This document shows positions 10,040 through 19,419 of a stretch of DNA of 64,000 nt, one piece after another. This stretch comes from Rhodovibrionaceae bacterium GXU_MW_A322 (GTDB taxonomy: Bacteria > Pseudomonadota > Alphaproteobacteria > Kiloniellales > DSM-21159). The stretch spans positions 34,581 through 98,580 of the forward strand of contig JBQJBP010000006.1 in the NCBI GenBank assembly GCA_052078155.1. Direction: 5' to 3'. The notes below the pieces were generated by a model. It was not told where the DNA came from. It saw nothing but the letters and a program-made list of their open reading frames with translations, and made no database searches. Both the position numbers and the translations under genes were made by a program. Numbering within the stretch: the first letter of the stretch is position 1; every line of letters starts with the position of its first letter.

Positions 10040-10441
10040 TTAGGCTGCGGAACTGGGACGGAACATGGGCAGGGCTTGTCCGCCTTCTGTTTCCCGAAAG
10101 GTCACTTCCACCGCCTGATCAATACTCAGACCTTCAAAGTCACAATCGACAATGTTGGTCAGCATGGTTACGCCTTCCTCAAGAGTGACGTAGGCGATGA
10201 CATAGGGAATTTCGGCCCGGCGCATGACCGAGTAGGAGTAGATCTTTCCCTTGCCGCTGGCCTGGTACCATTGGGTGTTGTTGCTCAGACAATGGGGACA
10301 GACAGCCCGAGGGTAGAAGTGGGTGTCATTGCAGTCGCCGCATTTCTTGAGCAGCAGTTTCCCTTCCTTCGTGGCGTCCCAGTAGGCCTGGGATTCCATG
10401 GTGATGGTCGGATCTGCGTAGGTGCGTTCCGGATTGCTCAT
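10040..10441 (-). CDS. DUF35 Zn-ribbon/OB-fold protein (partner of SCP-x type thiolase)
   Basis: 133 aa; CGDCNDTHFYPRAVCPHCLS Cys4 zinc ribbon plus OB-fold; 4-nt overlap with the upstream thiolase-like gene. Confidence 0.75.
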   Translation of the reverse strand: MSNPERTYADPTITMESQAYWDATKEGKLLLKKCGDCNDTHFYPRAVCPHCLSNNTQWYQASGKGKIYSYSVMRRAEIPYVIAYVTLEEGVTMLTNIVDCDFEGLSIDQAVEVTFRETEGGQALPMFRPSSAA

Positions 10442-11610
10442 GCGTCGTTCCTCCCCAGAATGACGGTTGCACTGCCCATGCGCTGGGAGATCGAGCCTCC
10501 CGTGCCGTGGGCCAGGGCCAGGGTGCAGTCAGGCACCTGAACTTTTGGATGGGCTTCGCCGCGCAGCTGGCGCACGGCCTCGATGACTTTGGTCATGCTG
10601 CCCCGGTTGCTGGGGTGGTTGTTGCAGAGACCGCCGCCATCGGTGTTGAAGGGCAGTTTGCCGACCCCGGAGATGAGGTTGCCGTCTGAGACAAAAGCCC
10701 CGCCTTTGCCTTTTTCGCAGAACCCCAGGTCCTCGATCGTTTCCAGCACCGTGATGGTGAAGCTGTCGTAGATGGAGGCATAGTCCATGTCCGCCGGTGT
10801 CAGATTGGCTTCCTCAAAGGCAATGGGACCGGATTTGGCCGCGCCGGTGTAGGTCAGATCAAACCGACCGGAATTGAGGTGTTTGATGGCCGCTCCCTGG
10901 CCAAGAACCTTCACGCAGCGGTCACCAAGGGTTTTGGCAATTTCCGGGCTGACCAGGATCACCGCCCCGCCGCCGTCACTGATCACACAGCAGTCCAGCC
11001 GGTGCAGAGGATCGGCAATCATGGGGGAGTTCACCACGTCTTCCACCGTGACCACATCGCGCAGCATGGCGTGCTCGTTGTACTGGGCATGGTGGGAGGC
11101 TGCCACCTTGATCCAGGCCAGCTGTTCGCTGGTGGTGCCATACTCGTGCATGTGCCGTTTGGCGGCCATGCCGTACATGTTCGTAATGACGGGCTGATAG
11201 GGGATTTCAAAGCCACGTTCCGGCAGCAGGTCGCCATAGTCGCGGGCAGGCAGGGTTTTCAGGCCTTCTGCTCTCGGTCGCCCGGCCAGGGTAACCAGCG
11301 CCACTTTGCACTTGCCTGAGGCGATGGCCTCCATGGCATGGCCCACATGAACGATGTAGGACGACCCGCCGGTTTCCGTGCTGTCCATATAGGTGATGTC
11401 CATGCCCATGTACTCGGCCAGAGACATGGGGCCAAGGCCGGGCACTGTGGCGTCACAGAAAATGCCATCCACATCGTCTTTGGTCAGTCCGGCATCGGCC
11501 AGGGCACCCTGGGCGATTTCGGCATGCAGTTGCATGACCGTTTTGTCCGTGGCTTTGCGGGTCGGGTGCTCAAACGCCCCGGCAATGTAAGCTTTACAAC
11601 TTCGGCTCAT
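10438..11610 (-). CDS. thiolase-like protein, SCP-x/nonspecific lipid-transfer-protein type
   Basis: 390 aa with thiolase fold (GMDITYMDSTETGGSS..., CNNHPSNRGS...GGSISQ); its pairing with DUF35 is typical of this subfamily. Confidence 0.75.
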   Translation of the reverse strand: MSRSCKAYIAGAFEHPTRKATDKTVMQLHAEIAQGALADAGLTKDDVDGIFCDATVPGLGPMSLAEYMGMDITYMDSTETGGSSYIVHVGHAMEAIASGKCKVALVTLAGRPRAEGLKTLPARDYGDLLPERGFEIPYQPVITNMYGMAAKRHMHEYGTTSEQLAWIKVAASHHAQYNEHAMLRDVVTVEDVVNSPMIADPLHRLDCCVISDGGGAVILVSPEIAKTLGDRCVKVLGQGAAIKHLNSGRFDLTYTGAAKSGPIAFEEANLTPADMDYASIYDSFTITVLETIEDLGFCEKGKGGAFVSDGNLISGVGKLPFNTDGGGLCNNHPSNRGSMTKVIEAVRQLRGEAHPKVQVPDCTLALAHGTGGSISQRMGSATVILGRNDA

Positions 11611-11671
11611 ATCAATTCCCGTTTGGTTTTACGTGTCCCTAAGGACAGGTTCTTCAAAGTCTTGTCGGGTC

Positions 11672-11803
11672 TGGCGCATGATCGGTTTGGTCAGAAAGCG
11701 CTCGGAACCAAACCAACATAAGTCCTCTAATTTCTTGAAAAGAGACCTATCCCTGCTCCAGGGACCGTCACCAGGTGAGGCCACCTGAAGCCTGTGGCTC
11801 TAG
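11672..11803 (+). repeat. diverged full-length copy of modular MITE-like intergenic element
   Basis: gcatgatcggtttggtcagaaagcgctcgg...cctctaatttcttgaaaagagac...caccaggtgaggccacctgaagcctgtggctctag; its terminus supplies the TAG stop of the ACAD gene ending at 11800. Confidence 0.75.
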
Positions 11804-12966
11804 TAGGATTTCGGCAGGCCCAGGGCCCGTTCGGCCAGATAACAGAGGATCAGCTGCGGGCTGACCGGTGCGATGCGATGGATCAGGCATTCACGCAGAT
11901 AGCGCTCCACATGGAATTCCTTCGCATAGCCCATGCCGCCGTGGGTCATCACCGCGTTGGTGCAGGCCTCAAAGGTTGCTTCACCGGAAAGATACTTGGC
12001 GGCATTGGCTTCCTTGCCGCAATCCTCCCCGGCGTCGTAGAGGTTGGCGGCGCGGAAAGCCATCAGGTTGGCGGCTTCCAGCTCAGCCCAGGATTTGGCC
12101 AGGGGATGCTGAATGCCCTGGTTCTGACCGATGGCCCGGCCAAAGACCTCTCTGTCCTTGGCGTAGGTGACAGCTTTGTTGAGGGCGCAGCGACCAATGC
12201 CCACCAGAGAGGCGGCGATGAGAATGCGCTCTGCATTCAAACCGTGCAGCAGATAGCGGAAACCTTTGCCTTCCTCGCCGATCAGATCTTCTTTGGGGAT
12301 CTTCAGGCCATCAATGAAGACCTGGTTGGAGTCCACACATTTGCGGCCCATCTTGTCGATCTTGCGCACCTCCACGTGGGCACGGTCCAGATCGGTGTAG
12401 AAGAGGGAGAGGCCGTCCATGGGGCGCTCTGTTTCGCCGAGATCCTTGGTGCGGGCGATCAGCAGCATTTTGTTGGCCTGCTGGGCCGTGGAGGTCCAGG
12501 TTTTCTGGCCGTGCACCACATAGTGGTCGCCGTTCCAGACGGCCTTGGTTTTCAGCCGTGTGGTGTCCAGGCCGGTGTTGGGTTCGGTCACAGCAAAGCA
12601 GGCTGTGTCTTTGCGGCTGATGATGGGGGGCAGCCAGCGTTGCTTTTGCTCTTCAGTACCAAAAACCACCACCGGGTTCAGGCCGAAGATGTTGATGGCT
12701 ATGGCGGCAAAACCGGCGTTGCCGGTGCCGGATTCCGTGACAGCCTGGACCATGGTGGCGGCTTCGGTGATGCCCAGGCCACTGCCGCCGTATTTTTCCG
12801 GCATGGCAATGCCCAGCCAGCCTTCATCGGCAATGGCCTGGCAGAAGTCGTGCGGGAACTCGCCGTCATTATCCCGGTCCAGCCAGTACTGATCGTCAAA
12901 GCGCTCGCACAGTTTGGCGATGCTGTCGCGGATCATCTTTTGCTCTGGACTGTAATCAATGCTCAT
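11800..12966 (-). CDS. acyl-CoA dehydrogenase
   Basis: 388 aa; ACAD N-terminal, middle and C-terminal regions (YGGSGLGITEAATM..., WTSTAQQANKMLL..., GGMGYAKEFHVERYLRE). Confidence 0.85.
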   Translation of the reverse strand: MSIDYSPEQKMIRDSIAKLCERFDDQYWLDRDNDGEFPHDFCQAIADEGWLGIAMPEKYGGSGLGITEAATMVQAVTESGTGNAGFAAIAINIFGLNPVVVFGTEEQKQRWLPPIISRKDTACFAVTEPNTGLDTTRLKTKAVWNGDHYVVHGQKTWTSTAQQANKMLLIARTKDLGETERPMDGLSLFYTDLDRAHVEVRKIDKMGRKCVDSNQVFIDGLKIPKEDLIGEEGKGFRYLLHGLNAERILIAASLVGIGRCALNKAVTYAKDREVFGRAIGQNQGIQHPLAKSWAELEAANLMAFRAANLYDAGEDCGKEANAAKYLSGEATFEACTNAVMTHGGMGYAKEFHVERYLRECLIHRIAPVSPQLILCYLAERALGLPKSY

Positions 12967-13368
12967 CTGTCATCATCTTTCCGCTGACTGGCGCTTGCTA
13001 ACCAGTAATTTCGATTATTCGAACGATATGCGTATATTGGTCTTTATCGCAAGAAAGTTCGACCCTGTTGGCTGGATTTCTGATCCCTGGTGATGGGAAG
13101 GAAGGGGCGTGCCGCCTGGGAACTTGCGCAGAGGTGCGGTTTCTTCCTGGCCAGCAGCAAGGAACGGGCCGTTGAAGGTTCGGTCGGCCTGCACTGGACG
13201 CGTATAGCCAACCAGGCCACCTCTTGATCGCGTTCAATCTCCAACTGAAGAAAGCGCGCTGGATTTGCTGAGGTTCCTGCGTGTTTGGCTCGTTCTCGGC
13301 TTTTTTTGAAGAGGTCAACGCAGCAGAGCCGGGCAGGCGTCGAGGGACAACCTGCCCGTTCCGGTCTG

Positions 13369-14142
13369 TTAAACGCCGATGGTGTAGCCGCCGTTGACAG
13401 AGAGGTGCTGGCCGGTGATGTAGCTGGCTGCTTCTGACAGCAGGAAGCAGACCGGCTTGCAGACTTCTTCCGGATCGGAGAAGCGGCCCATGGGGACCTG
13501 CGCCATAACCTTGTCGCGGAACTTCTCACCGCGGATCACTTCTGTCATGGGGGTTTCCACCACGCCGAAACACACGGTGTTGACCCGCAGCCCCATTGCG
13601 GCCCACTCCCGGGCAGCGGACATGGTCAACCCCATGACACCGGATTTGGCGGCGCCGTAGTTGATCTGGCCAATGGTGCCGCGCCGTCCGGCGTCAGAGG
13701 AGATATTGACGATGGATGCCGGGCTTTTGTCCCCGGCTTCTGACCGCTCGTACATGTGACGACCAACGGATTGCAGGCAGTAGAAGACACCGGACAGGTT
13801 TACGTCGATGACCTGCTGCCAGGTATCCACCTCCATATTGATGGCCATGGCGGCCCGCACGATGCCGGCATTGTTCACCAGGCCATGAATGGCGCCGTGG
13901 GACGCGACAACGGAGTCGACCATGGATTGCACGAACTGAGGGTCGGAGACGGAGCCCACATGGACCGCTGCGTTTTCTGCGCCCAGTTCATCGGCCAGAG
14001 CCTCAACCTTTTCACCCTGCAGGTCCACCAGGATCACCTTGCCGCCCAAGGCAACGGACTGGCGTGCCACAGCTTCGCCGATTCCCTGACCCGCGCCGGT
14101 GACAATGATGTTGCGGCCCTCAAGGCTCATTGGATTGTTCAT
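13369..14142 (-). CDS. short-chain dehydrogenase/reductase (SDR)
   Basis: 257 aa; TGAGQGIGEAVAR glycine-rich NAD(P)-binding motif, NNAG and YGAAK catalytic motifs. Confidence 0.85.
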   Translation of the reverse strand: MNNPMSLEGRNIIVTGAGQGIGEAVARQSVALGGKVILVDLQGEKVEALADELGAENAAVHVGSVSDPQFVQSMVDSVVASHGAIHGLVNNAGIVRAAMAINMEVDTWQQVIDVNLSGVFYCLQSVGRHMYERSEAGDKSPASIVNISSDAGRRGTIGQINYGAAKSGVMGLTMSAAREWAAMGLRVNTVCFGVVETPMTEVIRGEKFRDKVMAQVPMGRFSDPEEVCKPVCFLLSEAASYITGQHLSVNGGYTIGV

Positions 14143-14587
14143 GAAGTCCTGTCCTCTGTTCAGTCTTTAGGGGCTTGCGACCCCCTTGTTGTGCGTCCAG
14201 CCCCTGTGGAGGAGCAATGAAAATTCGGATATACGTTTTCTGTTCGCTTATATATACATTTGCCGAATAACGAGATCAACAGAGGAAGTTCAGTTTGAAT
14301 GGGTGGGCGGGGAAAAGACTGTTGAATTTTCCGCCATAACCAGTCGGTGGGAAGGGTGGCTTGAGCGATGTCAGCGCTACAGATAGCGGGTGCTGGCAGA
14401 CAGATGCCAAAAGAGGACCCGCAGACGGACGATCTCTGCGGATTCCCATGGGGTGTATGAAGGAGGGGTAGAGGGAGCGGTCATCAACGCCTGCCCGGCA
14501 GGTGGGTGGGAATGGGTATGAGATAGCCCCGGGATCCCGTCTCCTGCAGGGGACCGGATGACGACAGCGTCCGGCTGAAAGCCGACA

Positions 14588-14627
14588 CTAGGCAATTTGG
14601 CAATTTGGCAGTTAGGCAACTAGGCCG
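14588..14627. repeat. five tandem 8-bp units (TWGGCARY) in intergenic region
   Basis: taggcaat-ttggcaat-ttggcagt-taggcaac-taggccga seen directly in the sequence; lies just 3' of the dipeptidase gene and about 450 bp upstream of the SDR gene. Confidence 0.5.
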
Positions 14628-14659
14628 ACCAGTCAGAAAGATTCGTTGCGGACCCCGGT

Positions 14660-16249
14660 TTACTGGACCCAGATGTCCTGCCATCGGGAGTTTACCCGCT
14701 GTGTTTCGCTGAAGGCACGGACGAACCAGGAGTAAGCGCGTCCCCGTTGCAGCGTGATGGTGGCTGACCGGTTCAGGCTGGGCCTGTAGGAGCGCAGAAA
14801 CTGGCGGCGACCGTTGCGAAGTTCATAAAGGTACACCCGGTAGGCGCCGGCCCGAGGCACCCCGACAGCTTCGGGTTCGGACCAGGTCAGCAGGCGGGCA
14901 CTTTGGCCTGCAGGCAGCGAGGGAATAACGGTGACCCGTGTTCGTGTGGTTGGCTTCTTCAAGCCGGGGAGGGCCTGCTCATACACCCGCAGGAAGTTGG
15001 CTCCCAGAATGCGCCGCAGTTGTTCTCTTGTGTAGCCGTGCCGGGTCAGCATCCTGTCGGCCAGATCGATCCAGCGGTCCAGGTCGTTAAAGCCCCGGAC
15101 ATAGTTCCAGGCCCGCTGATCCGGTGCGCCGTTGACGTAACTGTCCGAGGCGACACCGATGTGATTGACCATGGCGATGGCGGTGCCGTTGTCACGCAGG
15201 CATCTCAGGTCTCGCATGTGATTGATGTGCGCAATCAGCAAGTCCCGGTTCTGCCACTTGTTTTGCGTGCCAAGGGGACTGTTCGCCAGCATGAAGCGGA
15301 CCGGCGTGACGCCAATGACTCCACCCGTTCTGGCAACGGCACAAATCACGTCATCGTCCTGATTTCTGCTGACCTGGTCCGCATAGACAGCGGCAGCATT
15401 GGCGTGGTTCATGATGACGATCTTGTCACGCTCCAGCGCCATCTCGGCAATCTTCAGAGCCGCACTGCGTCCGATATGGGACAGGTCGATCAGGATGTCC
15501 TTGTCGAACAGAGCTTCGACAACTTTTTCCCCGAAAGGCGTGAAGGGCCGGCAGCTGTCACCGGCGCTGCTGTTGCAGGGGCTGTTTTCATTGCCGTTGT
15601 AGGGCAGGTCCAGGCCATCGTCTTCATTCGCTCCGGCCACATAGCGGCTGTCGATTGTGCCGCTAACCAGCAGATGGTTTTCATCTCTGCTGTAGGCCGG
15701 TTGCAGAATACGGATGCCGTCGTCGTACCAGAGATTGACCTGAGCTTGCGCTGTTTGCTCCAGTTCAGCTTCGGTCATGTCATCTGACAGAGGAAGCAGT
15801 GTGGCTTCTGGTTTTTGGATGTAGCGGATGACACCGACCCGGTTGTTCCAGCGCGCCGTATCCAGGTCATTGGACGTTCTTACACGCTGGCGGTTGGCCT
15901 GCGCTGATGTTGAATAGTTGCCGCTGGTTGACAGCAGGTCTATTCCGGTGCGCTGGCGCAAGGTGTTGAAGTTGGAGTATCTGGCGGTGTCCCAGCAGCC
16001 ATAGGCGGACCCCGACGTACAGCCATCGGTCTCCACCCAGTGGACCGGGGAGAGGTTGCCGTCGACCACAAAACCCTCCAGAACCAGCTGTTCAGCCTCT
16101 GCCCGTCGTTCCTGAGCCTGCATTGGCGGGGCAGCAATGACCAGAAAGGCCAGGCTAAGACAGCTGGCGAGAGCTGCAGAGCTGGTCGGGGGGAACAGCC
16201 AACGAGAGAATAGGGGGCTAAGCGTTTCTTTCCTGGCTTTGCTGAGCAT
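14660..16249 (-). CDS. membrane dipeptidase, peptidase family M19, with signal peptide/anchor and C-terminal beta-sandwich-like extension
   Basis: DILIDLSHIGR...VIMNHANA...GVIGVTPV renal-dipeptidase motifs. The likely start is the MLSKARKE methionine at 16249, followed by a hydrophobic segment. The longer ORF to 16432 runs into a MITE copy and is discounted. Confidence 0.75.
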   Translation of the reverse strand: MLSKARKETLSPLFSRWLFPPTSSAALASCLSLAFLVIAAPPMQAQERRAEAEQLVLEGFVVDGNLSPVHWVETDGCTSGSAYGCWDTARYSNFNTLRQRTGIDLLSTSGNYSTSAQANRQRVRTSNDLDTARWNNRVGVIRYIQKPEATLLPLSDDMTEAELEQTAQAQVNLWYDDGIRILQPAYSRDENHLLVSGTIDSRYVAGANEDDGLDLPYNGNENSPCNSSAGDSCRPFTPFGEKVVEALFDKDILIDLSHIGRSAALKIAEMALERDKIVIMNHANAAAVYADQVSRNQDDDVICAVARTGGVIGVTPVRFMLANSPLGTQNKWQNRDLLIAHINHMRDLRCLRDNGTAIAMVNHIGVASDSYVNGAPDQRAWNYVRGFNDLDRWIDLADRMLTRHGYTREQLRRILGANFLRVYEQALPGLKKPTTRTRVTVIPSLPAGQSARLLTWSEPEAVGVPRAGAYRVYLYELRNGRRQFLRSYRPSLNRSATITLQRGRAYSWFVRAFSETQRVNSRWQDIWVQ

Positions 16250-16423
16250 CTGGATCTGTCCTTTGGTCTGCTGATTTTTTTGAACCGGCCCGTTTTGATT
16301 GCGCCGGTTGCTTTGTGTCAGAACCTCTATGACTTCCTTGCTCGCCTTTATAGTAAATCTTCCGGCTCCTAACATATCCCAGATGGCAGAGTGGTTTTCG
16401 GCTGGCACTGTGGCCTCTTGCCA

Positions 16424-16562
16424 TAGAGTCAAATCGGTTTAAGTGGAATCACTACGTGATAGCACTTAAAGCGTGAATTTGCCTCTTTTCAACATCTTAG
16501 AGGATGATTCACGGTTTAGTTCCAAGCGCAAAGCGCTTCTACCTAAACCGATCATGCTCTAG
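16424..16562 (-). repeat. full-length modular MITE-like element, inverted orientation (C-B-A)
   Basis: tagagtcaaatcggtttaagtggaatcactacgtgatagcacttaaagcgtgaat...cctcttttcaacatcttagagg...agcgcaaagcgcttct...ccgatcatgctctag is the reverse complement of the 6473-6612 copy. Confidence 0.85.
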
Positions 16563-16600
16563 AAAAAAGGCGGATGACCCAGGTCACCCGCCTCTGTTTT
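16562..16600 (-). terminator. bidirectional Rho-independent terminator after glnT-like gene
   Basis: AAAAAAGGCGGATGACCCAGGTCACCCGCCTCTGTTTT: a GC stem (GGCGG-TGACC / GGTCA-CCGCC) flanked by an A-run and a T-run; on the minus strand the stem is followed by TTTTTT. Confidence 0.6.
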
Positions 16601-16622
16601 CAGTTTGCTGCTCGCTGTTTGA

Positions 16623-17930
16623 TCAGCAATCGAGCGTGTGGTCGCGTTCCCACTGGCTCAGGTGATTCTTGAAGCTCACCCATTCCTGATTCTTCAGCTT
16701 GACGTAGCTGTCGATCAGTTCGTCGCCCATGCCCTCGCGCAAGACAGAACTGCCGTTGGTCAGGCGGATGGCATCCAGCAGGTTGAGCGGCAGCTGCTTG
16801 GCGTCTTTGACCGTATGTCCATCGGTGTACATGTCGATGTCCAGACGGGTGCCGGGGTCGCGTTTGTTTGCCACACCATCCAGGCCAGCGGCCAGAATGC
16901 CGGCCTGACAGAGATAGGGGTTGGTGGCACCGTCCATCAGGCGCATTTCAAAACGGCCTTCGCCGGGAATGCGGATCATGTGGGTCCGGTTGTTGCCGCC
17001 GTACGTTACGGTGTTGGGCGCCCAGGTCGCCCCGGATGTGGTCCGGGGGGCGTTGATGCGCTTGTAGCTGTTTACCGTCGGATTGAAGATGGAGCAGAGT
17101 TCTTCAGCGGAGTGAATTACCCCACCCAGGAAGTTGTAGGCCATGTCGCTGAGGCCCAGTTCCCCCTGGCTGTCTTCAAAGAGGTTCACATCCCCGGCTT
17201 CGTTCCAGATGGACACGTGAGAGTGACAGCCGTTGCCCGTCAGGTTGGCGAAGGGCTTGGGCATGAATGTGGCCCGCAGGCCCTGTTCTTCGGCCAGGAT
17301 TTTGACCATGAACTTGAAGAAGACATGGCGATCGGCGGTTTTCATGCAGTCGTCAAATTCCCAGTTCATTTCGAACTGGCCGTTGGCGTCTTCATGATCG
17401 TTCTGATAGGGCAGCCAGCCCAGATCCAGCATGTTGTCACACAGGCTGCTGATCAGATCGTAGCGCCGCATCAGGGCACTCTGGTCGTAGCAGGGCTTGG
17501 CCTGGGTATCCAGCTGATCTGCAACGCTGTCGCCAGCAGGATCAATCAGGAAAAATTCGCACTCCACACCGGTTTTCATGCGCATGCCTTGTTCGGCGGC
17601 CTTGGCGATCTGACGCTTCAGGGCCACGCGCGGCGACGCTTCGATTTCTTTGCCGTTCAGCCAAAGATCAGAGGCCAGCCAGCCAACCTCCGGTTTCCAG
17701 GGCAGCTGGATCAGGGTGGAAGGATCCGGAACGGCCATCATGTCACCATCGGCGGGGGACATGTCCAGATGAGCGGCAAAACCGGCGAAGCCAGCCCCGT
17801 CCACCTGCATGCCGGCAATGGCCTGGGCGGGCACCAGCTTGGCCCGCAGCACACCAAAGAGATCAACGAAACTGATGAGGAAGTATTTGATTCCTCTGGC
17901 TTCTGCCTCTTGGGCTAAATCGATAGACAT
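16623..17930 (-). CDS. glnT: glutamine synthetase family protein, GlnT/type III-like (gamma-glutamyl-amine synthetase type)
   Basis: 435 aa (same length class as rhizobial GSIII/GlnT); GS catalytic-domain motifs (KPCYDQSALMRRYD, NGCHSHVSIW, MIRIPGEGRFEMR). Confidence 0.8.
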   Translation of the reverse strand: MSIDLAQEAEARGIKYFLISFVDLFGVLRAKLVPAQAIAGMQVDGAGFAGFAAHLDMSPADGDMMAVPDPSTLIQLPWKPEVGWLASDLWLNGKEIEASPRVALKRQIAKAAEQGMRMKTGVECEFFLIDPAGDSVADQLDTQAKPCYDQSALMRRYDLISSLCDNMLDLGWLPYQNDHEDANGQFEMNWEFDDCMKTADRHVFFKFMVKILAEEQGLRATFMPKPFANLTGNGCHSHVSIWNEAGDVNLFEDSQGELGLSDMAYNFLGGVIHSAEELCSIFNPTVNSYKRINAPRTTSGATWAPNTVTYGGNNRTHMIRIPGEGRFEMRLMDGATNPYLCQAGILAAGLDGVANKRDPGTRLDIDMYTDGHTVKDAKQLPLNLLDAIRLTNGSSVLREGMGDELIDSYVKLKNQEWVSFKNHLSQWERDHTLDC

Positions 17931-18061
17931 GAATTTCCCCTGTATCGTTTACTTGTTTTGCTTGGCCCCACAGTAGCAGAGCTTTCGATCAATACACACT
18001 GGCGTTGAAGGTCTGTCCCTTTTTTCTTTTTCAGACCTCAACGCCAGTTTTGTTGCCCGAT

Positions 18062-19384
18062 TTACAGGCCGCCCTGGCCTGGTACCCAATCGGTGCCGGC
18101 CAGCGGCACCTGAGCCATGGCTGCGGCTTCGATGGTCATGGCCGCCAGATCGCTGGTATCCAGGTTGAGCACGTCATTCTTACCGCAGGCCCGCGCCAGA
18201 GTCTGGAGTTCCAGAACCATGGTCTGCAGATAGTTCTTCATGTAGCGGGCACCCTTTTCAGGGGGCAGGCGTTTTTCCAGATCCGGATCCTGGGTGGCCA
18301 CACCCACAGGGCATTTGCCCGTGTGGCAGTGGTGGCAGAAGCCAGGCTCTGTGCCCATGGCCTGATAGTCTTCCACATAGACAGGCTTGTTGCAGCCCAG
18401 CGCCACCATGGCGGCGGAGCCGATGGAAACAGCGTCTGCGCCCATGGCCAGAGCCTTGGCCACATCGGCGCCGGAGCGGATGCCGCCGGAGACGATCAGC
18501 TGCACTTTGCGGTGCATGCCCAGTTGGGTCAGGGAATCTACAGCCTGGCGAATGGCGGGCAGGGTGGGGATGCCCACATGTTCGATAAAGACATCCTGGG
18601 TGGCGGCGGTCCCGCCTTGCATGCCGTCCAGCACAATCACGTCTGCACCGGCTTTCACAGCCAGGGCCACGTCGTACTTGGTGCGGGTAGCCCCGACCTT
18701 CACGTAGATGGGCACCTGCCAGTCGGTGATTTCCCGCAGTTCCCGGATTTTGATTTCCAGATCGTCCGGACCGGTCCAGTCCGGGTGGCGGCAGGCGCTG
18801 CGCTGGTCAATGCCTTCCGGCAGGGTCCGCATGCCGGCCACACGCTCGGTGATCTTCTGGCCCAGCAACATGCCGCCGCCGCCGGGTTTGGCGCCCTGGC
18901 CCACCACCACTTCAATGGCGTCGGCTTTGCGCAGGTGGTCCGGGTTCATGCCGTAGCGAGAGGGCAGGATCTGGTAGACCAGTGTTTTCGAAGAGCCACG
19001 CTCTTCATCGGTCATGCCACCGTCACCGGTGGTGGTGGTCGTGCCCATCATGCTGGCGGCCCGGCCGAGTGAATCCTTGGCATTGGCGCCCAGTGCGCCA
19101 AAGCTCATCCCGGCGATGGTGATGGGAATGTCCAGCTGGATGGGCTTTTTGGCGAAGCGCGTGCCCAAGGTGACCTTGGTGTTGCAGGCTTCGCGGTACC
19201 CTTCCAGCGGGTAGCGGGAGATGGAGGCCCCCAGCAGCACCAGATCATCAAAAGTAGGGACTTTGCGTTTCGCGCCGAAGCCGCGAATGTCGTAAACACC
19301 TTGGTTTGCAGCCCGATGAATTTCTGCCAGAACGTCCTGAGGAAAAGTTGCAGATTCGCGCAAGGAACGGGGGTCAACAGCCAT
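18062..19384 (-). CDS. glxD: glutamate-synthase-like FMN/Fe-S domain protein (GlxD/MgsC type)
   Basis: 440 aa; GltB FMN-binding-domain homologue (GGTAATQ, VSGGIRSGADVAKALAMGADAV); third gene of the glxBCD arrangement. Confidence 0.8.
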   Translation of the reverse strand: MAVDPRSLRESATFPQDVLAEIHRAANQGVYDIRGFGAKRKVPTFDDLVLLGASISRYPLEGYREACNTKVTLGTRFAKKPIQLDIPITIAGMSFGALGANAKDSLGRAASMMGTTTTTGDGGMTDEERGSSKTLVYQILPSRYGMNPDHLRKADAIEVVVGQGAKPGGGGMLLGQKITERVAGMRTLPEGIDQRSACRHPDWTGPDDLEIKIRELREITDWQVPIYVKVGATRTKYDVALAVKAGADVIVLDGMQGGTAATQDVFIEHVGIPTLPAIRQAVDSLTQLGMHRKVQLIVSGGIRSGADVAKALAMGADAVSIGSAAMVALGCNKPVYVEDYQAMGTEPGFCHHCHTGKCPVGVATQDPDLEKRLPPEKGARYMKNYLQTMVLELQTLARACGKNDVLNLDTSDLAAMTIEAAAMAQVPLAGTDWVPGQGGL

Positions 19385-19419
19385 GATTTTTATTCCTGAA
19401 TTTTCCTTGATTGCGGGCG

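Noticed and set aside
8782-10540. Plus-strand ORFs 8782-9489, 8933-9478 and 9566-10540 overlapping the second CoA-transferase and DUF35 genes
   Set aside because: Antisense to well-supported CDSs; no motifs; composition consistent with shadow ORFs.
16250-16432. Longer N-terminal extension of the dipeptidase ORF (start at 16432)
   Set aside because: The extension is translated from the MITE-like repeat copy at 16424-16562. A methionine followed by a hydrophobic signal/anchor at 16249 is the biologically sensible start.
16638-17918. 426-aa plus-strand ORF across glnT
   Set aside because: It is a nearly full-length mirror of the glutamine-synthetase-like gene on the opposite strand, and only the minus-strand translation carries GS catalytic motifs.
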